From Octopus vulgaris (taxonomy: Eukaryota): a stretch of DNA of 64,000 nt. The position numbers and the translations under genes were made by a program. Numbering within the stretch: position 1 is the first letter of the stretch; every line of letters starts with the position of its first letter. The stretch is from positions 29,450,001 through 29,514,000 of the forward strand of contig OX597816.1 of assembly GCA_951406725.2 (NCBI GenBank). Reading direction: 5' to 3'. The notes beneath the pieces were generated by a model, which was given only the letters and a program-made list of their open reading frames with translations, made no database searches and was not told the origin of the DNA. Shown in pieces: positions 54,908 through 64,000 of this stretch.

Positions 54908-55869
54908 GCATATATACATACATGCATACATACATTCATATATACATACATATATATATATATATATATATGCATACATATATATATGTACCTTTATATT
55001 AACGTTCTATTTCGTTTTTTATTGATATTTATTCCAGAAATAATTTGACATTTGATCAGATAAAATACAGAGTAAAAATGAAACTAAAGTAAAGCAAATA
55101 TAATGGCGTGTGTTTATTTTCAATGCTGCTATATAATTGTCTAAATACAACCATGATGTTTGTCTAAACACAAACATGACATTAGTGTCTAAATAGAATT
55201 TTATTATTTTCAACTCTACAACGAAGCCATTGCTATGCCCAATTTCGGGAGATGAAACTCACGTTCACTGTAGGAAATATTTCAATTTTCACTTTTACAA
55301 TATAAAGGTTAAAATAATATACTGAAAAGCATCATGGCTCTCACACTATTCTTGTTTGTTTGTTTGTGTGTGCGTGTGTGTGTGAGTGTGCAGTTGTGCG
55401 TGTGTGTGTAGGCGTATGTGCGTGTGTGTGTGTGTATTATGTATTAAAAACCAAAACACATATCTACACAAATGGATGATATATGCATTTGCTTGGATAA
55501 GGCCATGCAGTGCATGCACGATATCGTACATCGCTTAATAATTATCTCATAGTTTAGTTCTACTAAGTACAGTGAACTTAATATTTTAATGGGGAGATGT
55601 AATGAAACGGAAGCATGTTGGCAGTTGTTTGTTATACTTTCTGGAATTATTTACTATATCGATCATAGGAATGTCTTCTACTGGCGCTGAAGTAGCAAGA
55701 TAACGTAATTTTGAAGTTACCGCCTCTTCAGTGGCAGATGCACGGTAGCTGTGGATATATATCACCGGCAGTGAGATTTGATTTCATTAGAAAGTCTGTA
55801 TGCCCACCTTAAGTTGGCTGCAAAGATCACCTTAACGTTCTAGCTCACTTCTGCGGTTTACAGCACTGC

Positions 55870-56460
55870 TTGGAATGAAGATGTGTAGCGTGTGATCGTT
55901 GCATTGACTACGGCAGAAACAGTTTACATGACGATACCTACTCAGAGACCTACGTATAATTTCATAAAGTGAATGGAGAGGAGTGTATGAAACGCACATA
56001 CGTGCACGGGTGGATCAGACGTTTCCAAGATGGCCGAAAAGATTTCGATATAGACAAACGTTTTGGGAGATCCGCAAACAGCAGAACTGAGAAAAACATC
56101 ACAGATGAGCGTCCATCTCTGAGGGGAAATCGTCGAATCACCAACCGTGAGTTATCAGAGAATGTGCACATTTGTTACAGTCCAGTTCACTTTATTATCA
56201 CTGAAGGTTTGGGTATGAGACGTGTGTCTGCCACGTTTGGGCCAAAACTGCTTTCAGGTAGCCGAGAACACATTCGGGTTTCAGTTGCACAACATCTCTT
56301 TGAATGCATCGAGACCGAGGAAATCTGTTTGAAAATGTGCGTATGTCTCTGAGCAAACATCACCAAACTTTTCGCAAAATTTGATGTAGATTGTCTGCTT
56401 AGCTTTCTCTGTCATAGTCAATATGACGATCAAATACTGCATGGTGGCTGCCCACTCGTT
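55870..56460 (+). pseudogene. Rearranged mariner transposase N-terminal (HTH) remnant
   Basis: ORF 55969..56352 has W.RRFQDGR....D.R.GR, NRRIT.REL, LGMRRVSA.F.PKLL. An inverted N-terminal piece (IKFCEKFG...SETY) follows at 56340-56430. Confidence 0.75.
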
Positions 56461-56559
56461 ATCGAGTATGGCCATTGCACGAAGCTTAATCAATGTTGTC
56501 ATCGTGCAATGCCTGTGAAAGAAGATATTTTTTTAAAGTGAGGAAAGGCTGTGCACTGA

Positions 56560-57000
56560 GTCAATCCCACTCACTAAGCAACGGCAGCCATAATCCGAAA
56601 AGAAGGACAAGTCTATATCATCGGTAACCACTGAGCCGCAGGTTTTATGTCGGAGTCATCCCAATTACCTGAGTTACCTTCTCCCAGAAGGACGCCCTAA
56701 CAAAGGCTAGGAGTCCTTCACTCCCAATGGTTTAACCGTGCGATCGGTTATTCATTTCGATTATTTAATGTCCCCGCGCATGATAGAGCCCTAAGACATT
56801 TATTGGATGGCCGTTGACTCTCATGAGTTCCTCCGCCTTTTGACGGGTTTTGTTTTTCATCCCGCAGAGTGTCCAATAAACACCCTCCACCCCAAGCACG
56901 CTTGGTGGGGTTGCCGGTTTAGTCGCCGACGACCCGACCATGCAACAGGTTGTACTGGGTTACAAGTTACCAGTAGCACTCGAAAGTGACCTGACACTAC
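56560..57000 (-). mobile_element. GC-rich, hairpin-rich repeat resembling an RTE-clade LINE 5' UTR
   Basis: Several short stems on the minus strand, including GGGCGTCCTTCT..AGAAGGTAACTC. Family assignment is from recall only. Confidence 0.45.
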
Positions 57001-57206
57001 ATACGTTCCTTCTAAGCACTGCTCTAGACAGGGGAAATGAGCTAGAACGTTAAAGCTGAGGGCGCATACACAATAGAGTACAAGGTCGATCCGTGCCAAG
57101 CGGTTTTACTCTGCGTGCTTTAACTTCGTTACCATAGCAACAGTCCCGATATTTATTGATCAACCCTTGTATATAAGGATGTGTGCGTGAGTGTGTGTGT
57201 TTATGT

Positions 57207-57308
57207 ATGGGTCGATAAATTAAGAACCAGTTGCGTACTGGAGTTGGTCTAATCGCCTGACCCCCTACCCCAAAATTTTGGGCATTGTGCCTAGAGTGGG
57301 AAAAGAAT
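57207..57308 (+). mobile_element. SINE family B 3' half
   Basis: Matches 26830-26930. Confidence 0.7.
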
Positions 57309-57347
57309 ATATTTATACAGTTCTATATTTAAGGGTTCTATATATTA

Positions 57348-57857
57348 CAGGGAAAAATGCGAGCATGAAATGTTATATTCATGAAAAGTCATAAGATGGA
57401 AATGTACAGGACAAGTTATTACACCTATAAAAGCATAGGACAAAATATTCCTTCTAGTAGAATAAAGAAAAAGGAACATTTTACTTAAAATTTTGCAGCA
57501 AAGAACGCCAGTTCTTCTGATTTATCACTCTTTACTGTTCTCATCTTTTGAACTATTTGTACAAAACTGTTCAGCTAATTTGCAAGTTTGTCCAATTAGT
57601 TACTTTTTCTGAATTTAAGGTAGTAAATTAACCAAATTCTACTTAAATAAATATAGTGTTATTTGTAAACTATAATCAAATAAGTTTTAATATTCAAATT
57701 TTAATTTTAGCTGCAATATTTTAAGTAAAATGTTTCTTATTCTTTACTTTACTAGAAGTAATAGCATGTCCTATACTTTTACAAATATAACTTGTCCTGT
57801 ACATTTCCAGGTTTATAATCTTAAGAATATGACTTACCATTCTCGCATTTTTCCATG
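57348..57857. mobile_element. MITE with ~95-bp imperfect TIRs flanked by TA
   Basis: TA|CAGGGAAAAATGCGAG...TGGAAATGTACAGGACAAGTTAT versus ATAACTTGTCCTGTACATTTCCA...CTCGCATTTTTCCATG|TA. Confidence 0.8.
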
Positions 57858-58589
57858 TAATCCATGATTTTTCCAGGCATTGCTGTTATAAGAATTAATA
57901 ATGTGCCAATTAATAATTTAAGATTTTATCTTATAAATTTCTGAAAGGTAATATTTCAAATTTTCCTTGGACGTGATCACAATATTTAAAATTTTTACGG
58001 GTTTAATTAAAATATATGTTGTGATTGAATTACTGGATATTACCCATCCACACCAACTTAATGGCAGGGATTGTTGTTAGTTGCACCATGGTTCACCAAA
58101 ATGTACAAACAACAAGATCCCAAAACCATCAGTAACCAGGCTCACCTTAAGTAACCTAATTTTGCAATATTAGGAAGTTACAGGAATTCATTCAACGAAA
58201 AGAATTCCAATGATTCCGGGATGAGGGGGACTCCTCACATCATTTTTTCCGGACCAAAATAAGGGATTTTCAGCATATTAGGTGGACATGGCACTTGATT
58301 CCAACCAAAAAATCATTTTGATTTTCATTAGTGAAAATAGTGCGGGTGTTAATATAGAAGTTGACCATAATGTTCTTGTTACTTAGCCTCAAATAAACTC
58401 TGATACTGCAAACGTATCATCAAAGACATTCAAGCCTTCAGCAAACCGTCTTTTAGAGATAATCTAGGATATTACATACAATGGGCGTCTGATTTAGGTA
58501 GCAGGATACTTTGGCTGCTATTTTTACCTGGTTCATTGCTTTGATTGCGTGATGTGATGTTTTTTACACATAAAGTTGGGGGAAATAAA

Positions 58590-59763
58590 TGGCCTGGCCA
58601 TTCTAATTATTTTAAATTGTGATCGACAATCCATTTTTTAGTAGACTTCGCCGTGTGCTTAGGGTCGTTATCCTGTTGTAAAACCCACCCTTCACAAAAC
58701 TGGAGCTTTTCTACAGAATCCCATAAATTATTGTTCAAAATATTTTGGTACATCTCTGCATTCATTCTACCATCTATCACATGTAAATTGCCAGTAACAG
58801 TTACAGAGAAACACTCCCACGCCATGATGTTGCCACCTCCAAACTTTACGATAGGAAATGTGTTTTTCGGCGAACAGGCGGTACCATCTTTCCTCCAAGC
58901 ATGGCTACGTGAATTTCGTCCAAACAATTCAATTTCCGACTCATCTGTCCATAGAACATGTTCCCAGAATGTATCAGATTTATCTTTATATTCATAAACA
59001 AATTTTAAACGGGCATCTCTATGCCTTTTAGTCAACAGTAGAGTTTTTCTAGGAGAGTGTGATTTCAGTTCATTCCTATGAAGTTCCTTGCTGATTGTTC
59101 ATAGCGTAACACTAGTCCTTGAAGCTAGCAAATCTTCTTGCAACACCTTTCTGGTGATCATTACATTTTTTCAATTCTTCGCTTCATTTTTCTTAAAGAT
59201 CTAGGGGAAATCTTGCAAGGTGCAATGGATCATATTCTGTTTTCAACAGTTCCCGATTTTTTATATGTTTGAATAAATGAAGATATGGTAGAAAATGGAG
59301 TACAAAGTGTCTCTGATATTCTCCTGTAACTTTTACCTGCTTTCTATTGTTCAATAATTAAATTATTCACTGAATTTGTGAGTTCTTTACTTTTCGCCAT
59401 TATTACGATACTACTTCATGTTGTCTCAGTGCTGAATGAAAAAGCTAGCATTTTAACACTTAAAAATGACAACTGATAAGATTATTGGAACAAACGAGAA
59501 AGTTCTAAAAAAGAAACATATTTTAACAGTATTTTGTGGCATAGAAAATCATAAATTTATTCTGAACGAATACTTTTTTTCACACCTAAATATTTATAAT
59601 TGTATATAAATTCATTAGTTACTATAATTTATTAGTTTCTTTTGTATACTCTTAATATGTATATGTGTATGCAAATATATGATTGGTATATCCCATTTAT
59701 GTTCATTAGAAATTCAAGAAATAAAGAATTTTGACAGGTACGCATATTTATTTCCCTCCACTG
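58590..59763 (-). mobile_element. Tc1-family transposon, 3'-truncated, with a disrupted transposase starting at 59400
   Basis: TA|CAGTGGAGGGAAATAAAT terminus, MAKSKEL..GKSYRRIS HTH, VLWTDESEIELFG, VKFGGG.IM.W, LQQDNDPKHTAK. It stops at LEWP, before the catalytic E and second TIR. Confidence 0.88.
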
Positions 59764-59771
59764 TATATGTA

Positions 59772-59838
<67 letters not shown>

Positions 59839-61488
59839 TATTATCGGCAGAAATTAGAGAGTAAGTCAAAACTTGAGCGTTTTGAGTATTGGCACTTATC
59901 AAACACGAATTTGTCCATTGTCACTCTGTAACTTCCGAGGAAATAACTACTAAAATACAAAATTTTGGCAAAAACGTCAAGTGTAAAACCTGTTCTATGT
60001 GACATATTTTACTAGTATCAAAATTTGAAAGTCTTTAGTTTTAAAAGAATTAATTAAATGATCTGTGCGTCTAATTGAATAGCTCCGAGATGGATGAAAG
60101 GCAAAGTCGACCTCGGCGGAATTCGAACTCAGAACGTAATAACAGACGAAATACCGCTTCTGAAATACAAAATTTTATGAAAAACGATAAGAATAAGCCT
60201 GTTCTATGTCATATATTCTACTAGTATCGGAAGTTTGAAAGTGTTTAGTTTAAAAAAATAATTAATTAAATAATCTCTATATCAAAGTTGAATTCGGCGA
60301 AATTTGAACTAAAAAAAAGTAAAGACAGAGGAAATATTGTTAAGCATGGCACCCTGCGTGCTAAGGTTTCTACCAGCTTGCCGTCTTATAAAGTAAGCAT
60401 TAATTTTAGAAATATATCCTTTATTCTTATTGTGCTCATCAAAGTTTTCATTGTTGAATGAAACTAGAAACGATCTCCAATCTCAGGATGCTCATGATTA
60501 CTAATTTTTAATACAGTTCTGTTTATTTTACACCTATACAGAGCTTGTCTTGTGAATATTGTTTATATTCCCAACCTATTTAATCTCTGAGGAGTGATAT
60601 GTTCATGCGATGCCCGCAACATCACTACCCTGTTGTGTCTATCACTTAGGGTTTCACTTTCATATGAAGGCGCCCCTCCCTTTCACACAGACGCAAGTCT
60701 GAAAATTTGTTGTAAAGTCATAAGTGGAATGGAAACTGGCTGAGTATAATATATATACGAAAGACAAAGTCAACACCAATTGGATTTGTGCTAATTATGC
60801 CGTGTCATTCGGTACAACATTCTGTCGCTCTTATTTTTATTCTATTCTGTAGATATTTCCAAAGACTCATCCAATCTTGTTCTCAACAGAGAAAATGTAA
60901 TATATAGTGAAGCATGGACGCAGTACAGTAAATTCATGCAACACCAAATCAATCCCGTGTATTGGAAGAACACTGTTTAAATATTTATTTTCCTTGAGCT
61001 AAATCATGTACAGCTTGTATTTCATGTTTTCATCATTGAACCAAATGGTCCTTGTTGTTGTCACAACTGAACCAAAGTCTAATAAATGAATTTTGTAAAA
61101 AAGTATGTAATTAAAAATGTTCTTTATGGAAATTGACTATCTATCAAAGCCGTAAATGCAGTAAAAGAGAATCTGAAAGCCTGGTTGTCAATTATCTGGC
61201 AACTTTTCTACATAATAGCAAGATGAGTCAAAAGTTTTTCCAATTTTGACTGATTTTTGGCAACATGTATCTCCATGCCATATCATTAACGTGATAGCAT
61301 CTTTCGTCCAATAGTTGCTGAAGTGAATCGTTTATTCTTTATTTTCATATATAACATATAAATGTTCCAGAGATGTACTTGATCAGAGATCGTGTGCTGG
61401 AACGAAAACAATTGCAGCGTGGAAGGTGTTTATAAGCCATTTAAGAAACACACAAAACCGTTAGATACACTTCAACATTTAAATTTAA

Positions 61489-61539
61489 TTTGTCAAAATA
61501 TTTTCGTCGCTTTGAGACCGTGACATGTTCACTGACAAA
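61489..61539 (-). ncRNA. Candidate minimal hammerhead ribozyme with G3-C8 core variant, in a probable PLE-derived repeat (~61370-61550)
   Basis: UUUGUCA-GUGAACA-u GUCaC ggucucaaa GcGAC-GAAA-AUAU-UU-UGACAAA. 7-bp stem I and palindromic stem III. Confidence 0.55.
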
Positions 61540-61589
61540 GCTTCGTGCTTTTTTTTATATATAAATGTTCGTTATTTATTATTTTGCAA

Positions 61590-62720
61590 CTTTGGTAATG
61601 AGTGGTGAGAAATTGCAGTTAGAGCGATTTTACGCTACGAATGAAACAAAGAGGATTGAGTGCAAGTGGAGGAGCAAAAGAAATTTATTATGTGGTAGGC
61701 CTAGCAATTGTCAACAAACATATGACACAAAATATTTTTTCAAGGAAGGTGATAACTGCTTCGAAGGCAAACCGGGAACAGGGAGTCCTTGTGTTGTGGA
61801 AGTTGAGACTTTACTAGAAAGAGTTGAATAACAGCCTAGCACAAGCACTAATACATTGTCAGCAGGATTTGGTCCATCACATATCACCACCAGTTGACAT
61901 CCTCATAAGCTCACTCTCATGAACAGATCTAATGAACAGAATGTAATTAGTTATATTGTGATGAATAAACGCGTTTTGCATATTAAGTTGTTTGACGTCA
62001 TAATTTTTGCTTAAAACATGAACCCTTTCAACGACATGTGAACATTTACAAACAACAACTCACAAATCATCGCTATGCCCTATTATGGTATCGGATTGTA
62101 AAATGGATCTATTTTCGTAATTCTAAAATGAGAAATCAGTGGCTTTCTTCCAGCCTGACCTCAGAACCTGAGCAATAGGTCATACGGTGCATTGGGTGTA
62201 ATTTCGAGGGTGTGTAAGCAATATGAGCTTCTCTAAGATGGTCAAGCTGTGAAACCTATTCTGTATGCTCAACAACTGCAGTAATTATATCATGGTTTGA
62301 AAGCCCGCTACGCTGCATTGCTCAATCAAAGCACTGCTACAGCATAACATTACCACAGTGCACAGTGCCAATGTGACTAAGAGCTAGACTAAAGAACTTA
62401 AGGGCTGGAAGTGCTGCCTCACTCTGCTTACAGTCCAAACGTGGCACTATCAGATTAACACCGTTTCCAAGTCATAACTAATTTCCTGCACGGACAGAGG
62501 TTCAATAATATGGATGAAGTTGAAAATCGCTGCGTGGAGATTTTGACTATACACCATCCAGATTTCGTAAGCGTGGAATTGGGCTCCCGGCGCATGGATG
62601 CCAAAAGATAATAGAATATAACGAGTTATAGTGTGGTGATTAAACTTTTTTTGCATGTTAAGTTGTTTGACCTAATAATTTTTGCTTAAAACATGAAAAG
62701 ACTTTTGATTCAACCTGGTA
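61590..62720 (+). mobile_element. Decayed mariner element
   Basis: FKEGD..FE.KP..G.P, YELL..GQ.V....Y.QQL, LLQHN, PHSAYSP..A.SD fragments. Ends in TIR-like ACTTTTGATTCAACCTGGTA. Confidence 0.7.
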
Positions 62721-64000
62721 ATAACCGATATAAATGTCGGTTGTTAGGTTGATTCACGTTTCAAGCTGAATTAATATAAGCGGTGCGGTATGAGTGCACA
62801 TACAAGCTTTGATGGCAGCTTTGGTTTCAGGAAAGAATTCAGATTTTATCGGTGATAGGTTTCCTGTTGTTCATTTTGTGACTATTCTGATAAAATTTAG
62901 AAAAAATGATGATATATATCAATCGCGAATATATAAGAAGTATATTTTATTAAATTTCATTACTAAGTAATAATTAATTTTCTCTTGAAAATTATTGCCT
63001 TTTCATTACATGGTATAAGCATCAAGAAACAATGATAGTCTAAATTATTATGAGGTGCATATCTGGTTGCAAAGTATACTTTGACACTCGTCTTACGATA
63101 GATAGCTTTGGAAGTCCGTATATAACAACTATTATATATTGTCGAAAGTCTTATGTTGTAATATAAAAGTCAATTTATGACCTATAGAATTGTTTTGTAC
63201 ATTGATGACGTTTTAAAAATTTTGATATTTATTGCCGTAAGACTTACTGATTAATATGTATATCTTATTATCAATAGATATAAAGTAAATTCTTTTCAAA
63301 TCAAAATCTAACATAACTTAGCCTTTAGGATTGGCAAGCATATTGATTAAGTTCTTGAAGTTACAATTATCACAATGCTCGATTATCTTAAGTATGTTAT
63401 ACTTCCCACAATATAAGGGCTCCATTAATCCATAAATAAATTTCAATGAAGGCCCTGGGTTAAAATTTCATTAGACAATAATATAGACAAGAAGACTGTC
63501 AAATGATGTCAGCTAATTCAATAATTCAAGATATTCAATTGCTTCCTATTGTCCAACAGCCATCATATATCATTTATCACTTCCGAAATGAAATATGGAA
63601 TCTTACATAAAGATTTACTGTCCTTTTATTTCAAAGATAATTATCAAATGTATGAATATAATTTAAAATTGATTATGAGTGTTTAGTATGAGAAGACAAT
63701 GTATTCATAAGAATGATAACAAGTTGTTAGAGTTTCTGTCACAAGGGCATTCTAATATAAACCTCATTTATTGAATATTAATAGAATGAAGCAAAACAAG
63801 ACCCAATTATTAGCTTCAATTAATGTTTAGGCTTTTTCTCCCCCTTTTATTTCTTAACACGAACAATTTTAGTCAGTTAACAGGCTATTTATCAAACGTG
63901 GTCTGTTCCTAGATTAAGTCTAAATATTACATTCGGCAGTTTGACTATTAAAGTCGACAGACTGTAGCATCTAATACACTCCTGCACAAGGTGTGGTACA

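Noticed and set aside
61983-62698. ~38-bp direct repeats (61983 and 62658) as LTRs
   Set aside because: Too short, and they lie within a decayed mariner as a duplicated subterminal segment.

Overview
Repeat-dominated, AT-rich animal genomic DNA with no host gene that I can recognise. The SINE families and microsatellite load suggest an octopus/cephalopod, which is an inference. The window holds the 3' part of a Tx1/L1-type LINE, a decayed RTE LINE, an intact 1005-aa APE+RT CR1-group LINE inside (TA)n, a Helitron remnant, a decayed R4/Dong-type RLE LINE ending in (TAA)n, several Tc1/mariner remnants, three MITEs and many tRNA-derived SINEs. The largest element is a young 6.7-kb inverted (head-to-head) Penelope-like element (PLE, Neptune-type) bounded by (TA)n. 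The most notable signals are in the PLE. (i) An upstream ORF overlaps the RT-GIY-YIG ORF in the -1 frame, with a correctly phased U_UUU_UUA slippery heptamer, making it a candidate for programmed -1 frameshifting. (ii) A five-fold ATTGG-N12-TGACGT promoter module precedes a TATA box. (iii) Minimal hammerhead-ribozyme folds from different repeat families carry C3-G8, U3-A8 and G3-C8 versions of the core pair. All folds and alignments were done by eye, and many supplied ORFs are microsatellite or antisense artefacts.
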